From Acidobacteriota bacterium (lineage in GTDB: Bacteria; Acidobacteriota; UBA6911; RPQK01; JAJDTT01), in NCBI GenBank assembly GCA_965209055.1, contig OZ242374.1, positions 5,696,001 to 5,760,000 of the forward strand: DNA of 64,000 nucleotides, read 5' to 3'. The position numbers and the translations under genes are program-made. Numbering within the stretch: position 1 is the stretch's first letter; each line of letters begins with the position of its first letter. Below are positions 19,296-29,493 of this stretch, one piece after another. The notes below the pieces were generated by a model. It worked only from the letters and a program-made list of their open reading frames with translations, was not told where the DNA came from and made no database searches.

Positions 19296-20126
19296 ATGAA
19301 ACCCGCAAGTCTGGTTCTGATGGCAGTTCTGCTCGTCCTTCCTGCGCCGGCGCGGGGCGAAGGCGGCCAGATGAGAGTCGAAGACCTGCTGGAGAAACAT
19401 CTGGGTTTTCTCACCGATGGCAAGGCCCCCTCGTCCGTCGACAATCGGCTGGTGATGGGAACCTGTTCCTTCCGGGTGTTGATCGGCCGAAGTGCAAGCC
19501 TCTCGGGACCGGTCAACTTTCTCTCCCAGGGAAACAAGGTTCGGCTGCTGGTCCGATTCAATGATTCCGGGTACAGCGGCGAGAACGTCATTCATAACGG
19601 CAAGCGACTCCGTGTCGACCAGATCAGTCCCGATGTCCGATCCCAGCTCGGCGATTTCTTCTATCGTTTCGAAGAGGTGGTCCGGGAAGGACTGGTGGGA
19701 GGGGTGCTCTCCACCGCCTGGCCGCTGCTCGACCTCAAGCGGCGCCAGGCAAGGCTGGAATACGAAGGACTCAAGAAGATCGCGGGCCGGGAGCTGCATG
19801 AGGTGACGTATCGAGCGAAACGGCCCGGGGAGGCCCGGGTGCATCTCTATTTCGACCCCGAGTCTTACGGCCACGTGTTGACCATCTACCGGGTGATGGT
19901 GTCGCGGGCCGGCAGCGTGGCCATCCGCACCACGCGAGACCGGTTCACACTCGAGGAGAGTTTCGGGGACTTCCGCTCTCTGGATGGGTGGGCTCTGCCC
20001 AGCCAATGGAGCATGAAGCTCACCCTTCAAACGGATCGCGGCAACTCGGTTTCCGAGTGGAGCATGGCGATCGGCAATGCCTCCCACAACCAACGGATGA
20101 ACCCCGAGTATTTCAAGTTGAAGTGA
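19296..20126 (+). CDS. Secreted hypothetical protein, beta-rich (possibly LolA-like/outer-membrane sorting fold)
   Basis: GGAGG RBS; signal peptide MKPASLVLMAVLLVLPAPARG; HLYFDPES and FGDFRSLDGWALP..N..MNPEYF resemble LolA-like family tails (inference). Confidence 0.7.
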   Translation: MKPASLVLMAVLLVLPAPARGEGGQMRVEDLLEKHLGFLTDGKAPSSVDNRLVMGTCSFRVLIGRSASLSGPVNFLSQGNKVRLLVRFNDSGYSGENVIHNGKRLRVDQISPDVRSQLGDFFYRFEEVVREGLVGGVLSTAWPLLDLKRRQARLEYEGLKKIAGRELHEVTYRAKRPGEARVHLYFDPESYGHVLTIYRVMVSRAGSVAIRTTRDRFTLEESFGDFRSLDGWALPSQWSMKLTLQTDRGNSVSEWSMAIGNASHNQRMNPEYFKLK

Positions 20127-20237
20127 GTGATGCGGGCCGGCCGCGGGGCCGCTTGCAGCATGACCTGCAGGCCCTCCACAGTTGCAGGCGTCCTGTCCTG
20201 AGATCCGGTCTACGGCATGGACGGAGCGAACCGGATC

Positions 20238-20284
20238 CAAAACAACAGAGGGTGGCGCCGAACCAAGTCGTTCAGCGCCACCCC
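20238..20284 (-). terminator. Rho-independent terminator of the TonB-dependent receptor gene
   Basis: Stem GGGTGGCGC(C)GAAC...GTTC(A)GCGCCACCC at 20250-20283, followed on the minus strand by TCTGTTGTTTT. Confidence 0.7.
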
Positions 20285-20319
20285 CGTCTGACCGCCTCCC
20301 GCCAGAAGGGACGGGAGAT

Positions 20320-23300
20320 CTAGAAATCGATCCTCAAGGCGAACTGGATCTGACGGGCCATTCCCGCGGTGGTGACGACTCCGAAGCTCCCGGACGATAC
20401 GGTGCCGCGGGGCGGGCCGAAATTCACGTTGTTGAAGACGTTGAAGAACTCCGTCCGAAACTCGACGAAACGCGTTTCTCCCAAGGCGAAGCGCTTCATC
20501 AATCCGATGTCGAAATTGATGATGCCGTCGGTGCGAATGGGAAATGCGACCGAGTTGCCATAGGTGGTCGGGTTGATGGAGAAGCATCTGGTGTCGAAGA
20601 ACCTGGTGACTGTCCGGTTACCTTCGGACATGTTCCCGTCACAGGTGCGATCCGGAAGCACGACTCGCCGGCTTCCGAGGTTCAGGACATCGCTTCCCGC
20701 ATCGATCTCCATCTGCGGCTGCCCGCTCTGCAGGGTCACCAGAGTCGTCAGCTCCCAGCCGTAGAAGAGCTGTCGTCCCAGTCCCTGAAGACCTCGTCCG
20801 AACGGCAACTCATAGATTCCCGTCGTATAGAAGGCGCTGGTGGCGTGCCAGGGCGCGATGGTCCGGGACGCCGAGCGATCGTATTCGTTCTGGGCGGTGC
20901 GCTGCTGGTTGGTCAGCAGATTCTTCGACCAGGTGTACCCGGCCACCAGACTCAGGCCGCTGCTGAAACGCCTTTCGAAGCGGGTCTGCAGCGAGTTGTA
21001 GGAGGTGTTCATGTCGGAAATGATGTAGCGGTTCGGGCGAATCGGAGGATAAGGCCGGCGGTCGCGCTGAGCACCCGTTGCCGTCAGCGTGGCGCCGTCG
21101 TTGGGAAGTTGAAACCGCACCCCTTCCGGAAGGGCCACGTTGAAGTTGCGGGCTCCGAACTGATGGGTCCCCTTGTTCCCCACGTAGGCCACTTCAACGC
21201 GTGTCTCCGGCATCAGTTCGTGTTGGAGCGAGAGACTCCAATTCTGCACGTCGCCGGGTGTCCAGTGGGGATCCGCCATATAATTCGACGGCCACTCCGA
21301 AAGTGGCGATCCGGCGGCGATGGGTGGCGCGACCCCGTAGATGACCGTCGGCACCTCACCTCGCGGATTTCTTTCGCTACTGGCCCCGGTCAACTGGGGT
21401 AGATTTCCGGCGCTCCGGAAATAAACGAAGGTGGAATCGTCGAACGATCTGCCGTAACCAATTCTCAGCGCCGTGCGATTCCCTCCGAAGGGTCTCCAGG
21501 CGATCCCGACACGGGGGGCAAAGTCCCGGTAGTCCGGCTCGGTCACCCTCCGGGTATCGAGCAGGACGGCTGGAATAGGCGAACGATTGGGGCCCTCCAG
21601 CGGTCCGCCCAGGATCGGCTGGACGGGGGCGTCCTTGAGGAGGCGGGCCACCGGATTGTACCGGTCGGAGCCCAGTTCGAAGAAGGCCAGGCCTCGTCCA
21701 TCGGACATGAGAACGGGCAGGCTGATTTCGTGCCGGATCCCCAGCGTCAAGGTCAGATTGGGGGTCACCCTCCAACTGTCTCCGAGGAACCAGTTGTAGA
21801 GGCTCTTGGTCGGATAGTTGTTGATGAAGTCATGCTGCAACGTGTAACTGACGGAGGAGGGGTACCCCAGCAGAAAATCGGCCATGACCTGCCCCTGGGA
21901 ACCGCCGATCTGGGCGGTGGCGTATCCGTCGAAGCCCATGCCGCCGCCCCCGGTGCGCGCTCCTCCCGAGATGAGCTTGTAACGTTGGGTGGAGATGCCG
22001 AACTTGATGAGGTGGTCGCCGTGGTTCCAACTGATCACTTCCTTGGCTCCGCCGTCGGTGCCGAAATTGTATTCGTTGTCCATGCTCCGGATATCGGGAT
22101 AGGGACGAATCCGGGTCCTGGGAATTCCCCAACCCGCCTCGGGGACGGTGTCCGCGTGGTCGAACCCGAAGACCTCGGCCCAATTCTGGTGGAGCTCGTC
22201 GGGAGGGGAGTTCTTGGAGTGCTTGCGGCCCAGGTAGACGCTCAATTCATTGTTGACGTTCGGACCGAAGTTCTTGATGTAGCCGGCGGCGACCTGAAAG
22301 CCTCGCTGCCGATCCTGGATGAAGGTCACATTCGGCGTGTAGTGGAAGCCCGTCGTCTTGGGAGACCTCTGCCAGGTCCAGCGGCCCCAGAGCTGGTCTC
22401 CCCCCTCGAAGTTCTGGTCGATCCGGATGTTCCACTTGTCCACATCCGTGTTGTCGACGGCGTTCCAGAAGTAATTGGGGTTGGAGCCGGGAGGCTGGTT
22501 GGGAGGGGGAGGCAGAAAGGTTCCGTCCTGAATGATGGCCCGGGCCACCGGATTCATCCGGTCCGACGGGACCCGGTTGCCGGGAAACGGCATCCGCTGG
22601 CCGTCGACCACGTTCATCGGATCGTAGATGACCCGGCCGGGCCAGTGGCCGTCGACACCGAAGACTCCGTTGCGCTCGTTCTCCGTCGGGGAGATCTGGG
22701 AGCGGACGAAATTGCTGCGCTGCCTCAGCCCCTCGTAGGAGAAGAAGAAGAAGGTGCTGTCCTTGAAGATGGGTCCGCCCAAAGTCGCTCCAAACTGGTG
22801 CCGCTTGTAGGGGACCGTGCCGGTCCCCACCCGGTTGGCCATGAAGTTGTTGGCGTCCAGGGCATCGTTTCGCGCATAGTCCCAAATGGAACCGTGGAAT
22901 TCGTTGGTTCCCGACTTCGAGACCATGGTGATCACGGCGCCCGAGACTCGTCCGTATTCGGCCGAGTAGTTGTTGGTGACCACCTTGAATTCCTGGATGG
23001 CGTCCGGCGAGGGCCGTGTGGTCGGCATGTTCTGGTACAGATCCTGGTTCGGGGTCCCGTCCAGCAGCAGCAGGTTCTGGCTGTACTGCTGGCCATTGAA
23101 CCCGGGCAGACGGGGCTCCGCCGCAGGTATGTCCCGCAGCGGCGCCACCACCGCTCCCGTCATGTAACGCGCCAACTGGAAGATATCCCGTTCATTCAAG
23201 GGGAGATCCCTGATCTGCCGTTCGGTCGTGACCGCGCCCAGATCAGCCGTCTCCGTCTCCACCACCGGCGATGCTCCCGTGACGGTGATGGTCTCGGCGA

Positions 23301-23646
23301 TCTCCCCCACGGTCATGGAGAAGTCAAGACGCGCCCGCTGCCGAACCTCGAGCCGCACTCCCTCTCGCACCTGCGTCTTGAATGCCGGGAGCGAAACCCG
23401 GACCGTATAGATGCCCGGAGGCAGGTTCTCGACAACGTAGTCCCCACGCTCGTTGGTGACCCCACCTCGCGTCACGTTCGTGGCGACGTTGGTGACCTCG
23501 ACGCTCACACCTGGAAGCGCCCCTTGGCTGATGTCGCTGACCGTCCCCACCAGGGAGGCGTCTTCGCCCTGAGCCATTCCCGGAAAGCTCAAGAGCAGTA
23601 CGGCCAGTAAAGTCCCACTCAAACGGATAGCGATTGTCGTCGTCAT
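20320..23646 (-). CDS. TonB-dependent receptor, Oar-like, with N-terminal carboxypeptidase-regulatory-like domain
   Basis: Signal peptide; GTVSD..GALPGVSV, LPPGIY, LPLNER, DAIQEFKV..YSAEYG, KSGTNEFHGS; C-terminal RQIQFALRIDF. Start reset to ATG 23646 after GAGGGAGG. Confidence 0.95.
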   Translation of the reverse strand: MTTTIAIRLSGTLLAVLLLSFPGMAQGEDASLVGTVSDISQGALPGVSVEVTNVATNVTRGGVTNERGDYVVENLPPGIYTVRVSLPAFKTQVREGVRLEVRQRARLDFSMTVGEIAETITVTGASPVVETETADLGAVTTERQIRDLPLNERDIFQLARYMTGAVVAPLRDIPAAEPRLPGFNGQQYSQNLLLLDGTPNQDLYQNMPTTRPSPDAIQEFKVVTNNYSAEYGRVSGAVITMVSKSGTNEFHGSIWDYARNDALDANNFMANRVGTGTVPYKRHQFGATLGGPIFKDSTFFFFSYEGLRQRSNFVRSQISPTENERNGVFGVDGHWPGRVIYDPMNVVDGQRMPFPGNRVPSDRMNPVARAIIQDGTFLPPPPNQPPGSNPNYFWNAVDNTDVDKWNIRIDQNFEGGDQLWGRWTWQRSPKTTGFHYTPNVTFIQDRQRGFQVAAGYIKNFGPNVNNELSVYLGRKHSKNSPPDELHQNWAEVFGFDHADTVPEAGWGIPRTRIRPYPDIRSMDNEYNFGTDGGAKEVISWNHGDHLIKFGISTQRYKLISGGARTGGGGMGFDGYATAQIGGSQGQVMADFLLGYPSSVSYTLQHDFINNYPTKSLYNWFLGDSWRVTPNLTLTLGIRHEISLPVLMSDGRGLAFFELGSDRYNPVARLLKDAPVQPILGGPLEGPNRSPIPAVLLDTRRVTEPDYRDFAPRVGIAWRPFGGNRTALRIGYGRSFDDSTFVYFRSAGNLPQLTGASSERNPRGEVPTVIYGVAPPIAAGSPLSEWPSNYMADPHWTPGDVQNWSLSLQHELMPETRVEVAYVGNKGTHQFGARNFNVALPEGVRFQLPNDGATLTATGAQRDRRPYPPIRPNRYIISDMNTSYNSLQTRFERRFSSGLSLVAGYTWSKNLLTNQQRTAQNEYDRSASRTIAPWHATSAFYTTGIYELPFGRGLQGLGRQLFYGWELTTLVTLQSGQPQMEIDAGSDVLNLGSRRVVLPDRTCDGNMSEGNRTVTRFFDTRCFSINPTTYGNSVAFPIRTDGIINFDIGLMKRFALGETRFVEFRTEFFNVFNNVNFGPPRGTVSSGSFGVVTTAGMARQIQFALRIDF

Positions 23647-24391
23647 GTCCCCTCCCTCGGCCAGAACCGTTGCGTCATGCCGGGTCAGGATCGGGTTCGG
23701 TCGCACACCGGAGGACGAGATCAGTGGACAGCCAGACGGAACCCGCCTGAGCAGACAGGCTCTGTCCGGGGCATCCGAAGCCGGTGCGGTGTGAAGGCGC
23801 TGGAGACTTCCTGAGCGGCCAGCATGATGAACAAGCCAAAAATCGGACAGGTCTCGGCGTCGAATGATCTGAGGTAAGGCGGGCGCCAAAGTCGAGGTTG
23901 GGACGTGGTCGAGGTTGGCGCCAGGGTCAGATCACGCGACCTCTTTGCCCTTGTCCCTCGCAATTTCGGTTCCACGATAATCTCGCCCCTCTTAACCGAA
24001 CTACTTAAATGAGCCACCTTAAAGCAAAACGGCCACCTTGAGGCCAATCCACCCAGCTTCCCAGAACAGGAGCCTATTCAAATAATTGGATAATACTCAG
24101 GAATTGTAGTCCAAAAATTCGGATCACAAGGATGGAAAACGGCACGGAGGCGCCCGGGCCCATAGGCGGATCCCTGCTCATTGACCAAGAATGGGAAAAG
24201 CCCTCGTAGGGGCGACCCTCATTCAAAACTCCTTCCCCTGTTCTTCCGAACCCCAGAAAAATGGGGAAAGTCCTGCTGCCGTAATCATGGCGACGGGGTT
24301 GGGCCGGTGCTATCATGGGGAGAGCGACCTCGGACAGGCCGGAAAGGCAGGTCCAATTTATGTCATCCACGGTGACCGCGGAGAAGTTTTC

Positions 24392-25984
24392 GTGAAAAGG
24401 CTTTCCGCAGTTATTCTGTTTCTGACCCATCTCTCTTCTCTTCCCGGACTTCCCCAGAACCAGAGGCCTCAGGAGGAGCAGATCGATTACTACAAGAAAT
24501 GGCTGCAGGAAGACGTCCGCTACATCATTGTCGATGAGGAGCGGGCCGTCTTCGCGAAACTCAACACGGACGACGAGCGAGACGCCTTCATAGAACAGTT
24601 TTGGCGCCGCCGCGATACCGACCCGGCAACGGCGATCAACGAGTTCCGGGAGGAACACTTCCGTAGGATCGCCTATGCCAACGACCGATTCCGGTCCGGC
24701 GTCGAGGGCTGGGCCACCGACCGCGGCCGGATCTACATCACTTTCGGTCCTCCCGACAACATCGACGACCATCCCGGCGGATACTACGTCCGGCGGCCGG
24801 AAGAAGGGGGCGGAATGACCAGCACTTATGCGTTTCAGCGCTGGTTCTACCGGTTCATCCCCGGCATCGGACCGGGTGTCGAGATCGAGTTCGTCGACCC
24901 CACCAATACGGGGGAATACCGGATCGCGCTGCGGCCGACCGAGAAGGATGCCCTTTTCGTGGCCGGGGGAGGAATGACGGACGGGGAGTTCCGCGGTGAG
25001 GTGGATCGGGCCGGGCGCGTGCGCTCCGCCCTCTTGATGAGGAACCTGGGTCTGGAGGGCGACCCCTACTACATGACGGGGGCTCAGCCGCTGCAGCGCG
25101 TGCGCAACTATTTCTACACCAAGCGCCCTCCCAAGCTCCAGTTCGGAGAACTGCAGAACCTGGTGGACACTCAGCTCTACTACGATTCCATTCCGGTTCA
25201 GATCGGAGTCAATCAGTTCCGGGTGGGACCGGACCAGGTGCTGGCTCCGGTCACCCTCAGGGTTGGACGGGAGCAGTTGACCTATCGGGAAACGGAAGGG
25301 AGCCGGCGGGCCGTCCTGAACATCTATGGCAGGGTGACCGACCTGGGAAATCGGATCGCGTACGAGTTCGAGGATACCGTTCTGGCGGATCAGTCCCACG
25401 ACCTGCAGCGGGAGGACATCGGGGGCGTCGCCACCTACCAGAAGAGTGTTCCTTTGCGATCCGGCCGGTACAAACTGACTCTGATCCTGAAGGACGGGAA
25501 CAGCGGGAAAGTCTCGGTCACCACAACACCCATCCGCGTCGTCCCCTTCGAGTCCAGGACCCTGACGACGAGCAGCATCATCCTTGCGGACAAGGTCCTT
25601 TCTTCGGAACCCGGAACCCTTCTGAGCGAGCCCTTCGTAGTCCCCGGCGGTTTCAAGATCTTCCCCAACGTGACTCAGGAGTTCACGAACCGGGACCGCT
25701 GTTTCTTGTATGTGGAGGCCTATGAGGTGGCCATCGACCAGTCGACTCTTCAACCCTTGCTGGGAGCCGAGATCTATCTGGTCCACGACGGCCGAATCGT
25801 GCAACAGGAACAGCCCAAGGCCGTGACCCTGGGCGATCGTGTCGCCCTCTTCCACGACATGGACCTGAGCCGGCTCCTCTCGGGAAAGCATCGCATCGAG
25901 TTGCACGTGGACGACCGCATCAGCGGTCAGCGAGTCATCCGCCGCGCAGAGATCACGATTCTGGGCGAGTCCCGTGGTTCCTGA
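24392..25984 (+). CDS. GWxTD domain-containing protein
   Basis: YKKWLQEDVRYII..FIEQFWRRRD..EEHFRRIAYAN..GWATDRGRIYITFGPPD; signal peptide from GTG 24392. Confidence 0.93.
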   Translation: MKRLSAVILFLTHLSSLPGLPQNQRPQEEQIDYYKKWLQEDVRYIIVDEERAVFAKLNTDDERDAFIEQFWRRRDTDPATAINEFREEHFRRIAYANDRFRSGVEGWATDRGRIYITFGPPDNIDDHPGGYYVRRPEEGGGMTSTYAFQRWFYRFIPGIGPGVEIEFVDPTNTGEYRIALRPTEKDALFVAGGGMTDGEFRGEVDRAGRVRSALLMRNLGLEGDPYYMTGAQPLQRVRNYFYTKRPPKLQFGELQNLVDTQLYYDSIPVQIGVNQFRVGPDQVLAPVTLRVGREQLTYRETEGSRRAVLNIYGRVTDLGNRIAYEFEDTVLADQSHDLQREDIGGVATYQKSVPLRSGRYKLTLILKDGNSGKVSVTTTPIRVVPFESRTLTTSSIILADKVLSSEPGTLLSEPFVVPGGFKIFPNVTQEFTNRDRCFLYVEAYEVAIDQSTLQPLLGAEIYLVHDGRIVQQEQPKAVTLGDRVALFHDMDLSRLLSGKHRIELHVDDRISGQRVIRRAEITILGESRGS

Positions 25985-26061
25985 CCGGTCCGAAACGAAC
26001 GAACAGGCCGGCAGATCTATTCCCAGGCGACCACTAGATTCCTTCGTTGAGAAGGATCGGA

Positions 26062-27612
26062 TCAGAATTTTTTCTGCGCGGTGGCCGGCTTTCCGGGAAC
26101 GAACTGGAAAGCGAACAGCTTCGCGTTCTTGAAGTGGAACCGGAGCTTGACCGGCTTTCCGGCCAGTGCCTCCACGTTGGAGTTTCCCCTCCAGGTGACG
26201 AGCTGTCCCGTGCCGGTCTCGCTGAGAGGATCACAGTCGTCGAAACCGTAACCGGAGATCGGCTTGTAGTCGGTCCCCAGGATCTCGACCCGGACCTCGG
26301 CGGGATGAGCTCCCCAACGCTGGAAGGCCGCCCGCAGGTTGAGCCGCAGCTCCCTGCCGGAAAAGGTAAGGGTCCGGGTAACGGCCTGGCTGAAGGTCAG
26401 TTTGGGGCCGTCCAGAGAAACGAAGCCATCCAACGGCAGAACCGCCAGTCCGATGGCGCCGTACGCCCGCTCTTCCCCCAGCATCTCCAGTTGCTCCGGG
26501 GACCTCCAGTTCACCCCGCCGTAGTAGAAGAAGATCTTCTCTCCATGGACGGCGGGCCTGAGGCCGTAGATCGCCACCGAATCGAAGGCGTCTCCGGCCC
26601 CGGCCGGTATGAACGGGCGGCGGTAGCGGCGGTCGTAGTGGATCCCATCCCGGCTGAAGACGAACTGAGGCAGGATCGTGGTGTTCGTGGTCCTGAAGTT
26701 CCAAAGCATTCCGATGGTGAATCCCTCGTAGGCAGTGGCGTGAAGGGAGTAGAACTCGGTGTCGGGATAATCCTGGCCGTCGGGCAGGATGACCGGAACC
26801 GCTTCGCTCCAGCGAATCATGTCCGGGCTCTCTGCGCGCCCGATGATGCGTCTGCCCAGGGGGCATCTCTGATGGCCGCAGATCTCCATGTGCGCGACGT
26901 AGACTCCATGCACGGGATCCCAACCCATCACCGATGTCGGTCCCCAGCGGCCCCTGCGTTCTCCCCAGTCGATGACGGGATTGCCGGGATGGGCGGACCA
27001 GTTGAAGGCGTCGCCGGAAGAGTAGAGATGGAACTGCATTCCGGTCCTTCCCGTCTCGTTGGACAGCTTCCCCCCGACGGTCTGGACCATGGCCTTGTAG
27101 CGTTTCGAGGGATCCGGCTCCCGGGCGTCGAAGACGATGCCGCCCTTGAACCCGAGCCAGTTGTCCTCACCGACGATGTTGTTGTCCCGGGAGCCGTTGA
27201 ACTCCACCAGCCCCAGTGAAGGTTTCTCCCAACGGTAGCCGTCGGAGGATACGGCGTAGCAGATTCGACGGCCCGCGCTTTCCGGATCTCCGCCGGGGAC
27301 GGGAGTCCAATTGCTGGTCGAATACCACATTCGGAATTTCCTTTGATCCGGATCGTAGAAGACCGTCCCGTAGTGGTTGTAGTTGCCTTCCCAGGGGCGG
27401 TTCCGAGGGATGACGGGATTGTCGACCGCCTTCCGCGGATGATTCAGGACCAACGCCGTGTCCTTCAGGGACTCCAGGAGGAACTCGTCCAGGAACAGTT
27501 GTTTGCTGTTCCCGATGGGGATGATGCTGCCATTTCGAGGGGTGGCGGCCATCTGGATCTGCATCAACACCAGACTCGACGCAAGCAGCCTCAGGACTCT
27601 ACCCATTTGCAT
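26062..27612 (-). CDS. Uncharacterised secreted propeller + beta-sandwich protein (paralogue C, HMExCxHxRC subfamily)
   Basis: KQLFLDE, RPWEG, YAVSSDGYRWEKPSLG, RDNN, WGPT, SRDGIHY, LDGFVSL, LAGKPVKLRFHFKNAKLFAF. Start ATG 27612 after GGGAGGTG. Confidence 0.85.
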   Translation of the reverse strand: MQMGRVLRLLASSLVLMQIQMAATPRNGSIIPIGNSKQLFLDEFLLESLKDTALVLNHPRKAVDNPVIPRNRPWEGNYNHYGTVFYDPDQRKFRMWYSTSNWTPVPGGDPESAGRRICYAVSSDGYRWEKPSLGLVEFNGSRDNNIVGEDNWLGFKGGIVFDAREPDPSKRYKAMVQTVGGKLSNETGRTGMQFHLYSSGDAFNWSAHPGNPVIDWGERRGRWGPTSVMGWDPVHGVYVAHMEICGHQRCPLGRRIIGRAESPDMIRWSEAVPVILPDGQDYPDTEFYSLHATAYEGFTIGMLWNFRTTNTTILPQFVFSRDGIHYDRRYRRPFIPAGAGDAFDSVAIYGLRPAVHGEKIFFYYGGVNWRSPEQLEMLGEERAYGAIGLAVLPLDGFVSLDGPKLTFSQAVTRTLTFSGRELRLNLRAAFQRWGAHPAEVRVEILGTDYKPISGYGFDDCDPLSETGTGQLVTWRGNSNVEALAGKPVKLRFHFKNAKLFAFQFVPGKPATAQKKF

Positions 27613-27636
27613 CTCACACCTCCCTTGTGCGCCCAA

Positions 27637-29283
27637 TCATGATTCGGGCCGGGAAAATCGAATCGAGAAGAGGTTCGCATCCTTCATCACGAATCGGAGC
27701 CGCACCACCCGGCCCTCCAGCCGGCTCAAGTCGGAGCCATCCATCCAGCGGACGACCTGCCGGGTCTTGTCGCCAATGATCTCAGGACAATCGTCCAGCC
27801 GGAATCCCGGGAGCGGATGGTTTTCGGCGTCCTGGATTTCCACCCGCAAGCTGCCGGCCGCCGAGGTCGAGAAGTTCAGGACCAGTTTCTTCCCCTGGAA
27901 TTTCAGGGGACGGGTCACCATCTCGCCGCCATCGTAATCCGCGTGCAGGGAGGCAAATCCGTCAACGCGCAAAGTGTAGCGGCGCACATGATCCGAAGGC
28001 AGCTCGTAATGACGCGTTACGTAGAAGGAAATCTCCTCCTCGGCGGTGGGGACGATCCCGACTCCGGGAAAGTTCGTCCGAGTGCCCCAGTTCTCGAGTC
28101 CCGGACCCGGCCGCAAAAAGGCTTCGGGAAAGGTCCGGTCATACCGGTCCCCTCCGCGGCTGCTCAGGAGGATGGCGTCCGAACAGTTTTTCCAGGTCCA
28201 CCAGGGCATCCCTTCCGGCTGGATGGACCGGCCCTCGTCGTCGCTCAAAGCTTGCTGGCCAGGCAGGTAGCGCGCGGCCAGGCCGATGTAGAGATGGGGC
28301 GCTCGAAAATAGGGTTGGGTCGCGCTGGTATAGAGCTGTTCGTCCACGGTGGGAGGATACTGGCTGAATTTCATCGTCTGCCAGTCACTCCAGTGGACCA
28401 GATCTGTAGAGACGGCCCGCTGAACGGTCCGGATTACCCCGGTTCTCTTCCAGGTCCGGCCGCCGTCCGCGGAGTAGCGGAAAGCGTCGTCTCCGGCCCT
28501 ATCCCCGTTGAGAATGGAGAACTCACCCTCATTGGTGAGCAATGACCGGAACGAGGCGGGATCGTCATCCAAACGCCGAATCTTCAATCCCAGTTCGATG
28601 TTGGAACGTCCGAACGCCACATAACAGTTTTCCGTTTCACTCCAGAAAAGACTCGTGGCTTCGATGGAAGGCCGGTCGTGGAGCTTCCTCCAACGGATGC
28701 CATCAGCCGAAACCAGGATCCGGGATCCGACCTCGGGCGTTGATCTCGGCGGCGCCTTCACCGCCTTGAAACGCTCTGAGGGAGGCACCCCGGGACGGGC
28801 ATCCAGGAAGGGAGTGAATCCACTGGAATCGAACAGGGCGTTGTTGTTCCGCGTCCCCACAATCTCGACCAGACCCAGGTTCGGTTTGGACCATTGGATC
28901 CCGTCAGAGCTCGCCGCGTAGCATGTGGACTCGGTCAGCTCCTCCGTTTTCGGGTTCCAGACCACGCCCCGGTAGTACATGTGGTAGCTTTCCTCGTCCT
29001 TGACGACGATGGGAAAGGCGGAACCCAGACCTTCCCAGGGCCGGTCGAACTCGATGGCCGTCTCCGCCGGGCGGGGGTGATGCAGTTGGAGACGGATTCC
29101 CTCCAACCGGTGGATCAGGTAGTGATCCACGAACAGCTCCAACCGAGAGCCGATGTCTAGAACCGGCTCGGGTCCTGTCGCGGCAATACCATTCCCCAAG
29201 AGGAGAGCTGCACCCGAACCCAAAAGGAACCCTCGTCCAAGCTTCCGGCTGAAGCACCGTTTCGTGGGTGGACTCTTGCTCAT
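27637..29283 (-). CDS. Uncharacterised secreted propeller + beta-sandwich protein (paralogue D)
   Basis: IGSRLELFVDHYLI, PWEG, CYAASSDGIQWSKPNLG, PYFRAPHLYIG, RPGPGLENW..RTNFP, LRVDGF, LEGRVVRLRFVMKDANLFS; AAGGAGG RBS. Confidence 0.85.
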   Translation of the reverse strand: MSKSPPTKRCFSRKLGRGFLLGSGAALLLGNGIAATGPEPVLDIGSRLELFVDHYLIHRLEGIRLQLHHPRPAETAIEFDRPWEGLGSAFPIVVKDEESYHMYYRGVVWNPKTEELTESTCYAASSDGIQWSKPNLGLVEIVGTRNNNALFDSSGFTPFLDARPGVPPSERFKAVKAPPRSTPEVGSRILVSADGIRWRKLHDRPSIEATSLFWSETENCYVAFGRSNIELGLKIRRLDDDPASFRSLLTNEGEFSILNGDRAGDDAFRYSADGGRTWKRTGVIRTVQRAVSTDLVHWSDWQTMKFSQYPPTVDEQLYTSATQPYFRAPHLYIGLAARYLPGQQALSDDEGRSIQPEGMPWWTWKNCSDAILLSSRGGDRYDRTFPEAFLRPGPGLENWGTRTNFPGVGIVPTAEEEISFYVTRHYELPSDHVRRYTLRVDGFASLHADYDGGEMVTRPLKFQGKKLVLNFSTSAAGSLRVEIQDAENHPLPGFRLDDCPEIIGDKTRQVVRWMDGSDLSRLEGRVVRLRFVMKDANLFSIRFSRPES

Positions 29284-29493
29284 ACCGACCTCCTTGCAGT
29301 CCCTGGCGAAAGCCTGATTTCACACGTTCACGTCCGATTCGCAACCCGACGTTGATCCCGCGTCGTTCCGGATTGAGGAGGCGCCTGCCGGCAGATCGGG
29401 TCAAAGAGCCTCCTGCGGGTCAGAACGATCTCCCGGAAGAACCCCAAATCTCGGATGGATTTGCTCTCAATCGTGCTTCCATCCTGGACCATC

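Noticed and set aside
24020-24042. Sigma54 promoter for the TonB receptor (GG-N10-GC on the minus strand)
   Set aside because: The spacing fits and TTGC is present, but the -24 context (AAGGTGGC) matches TGGCAC poorly.
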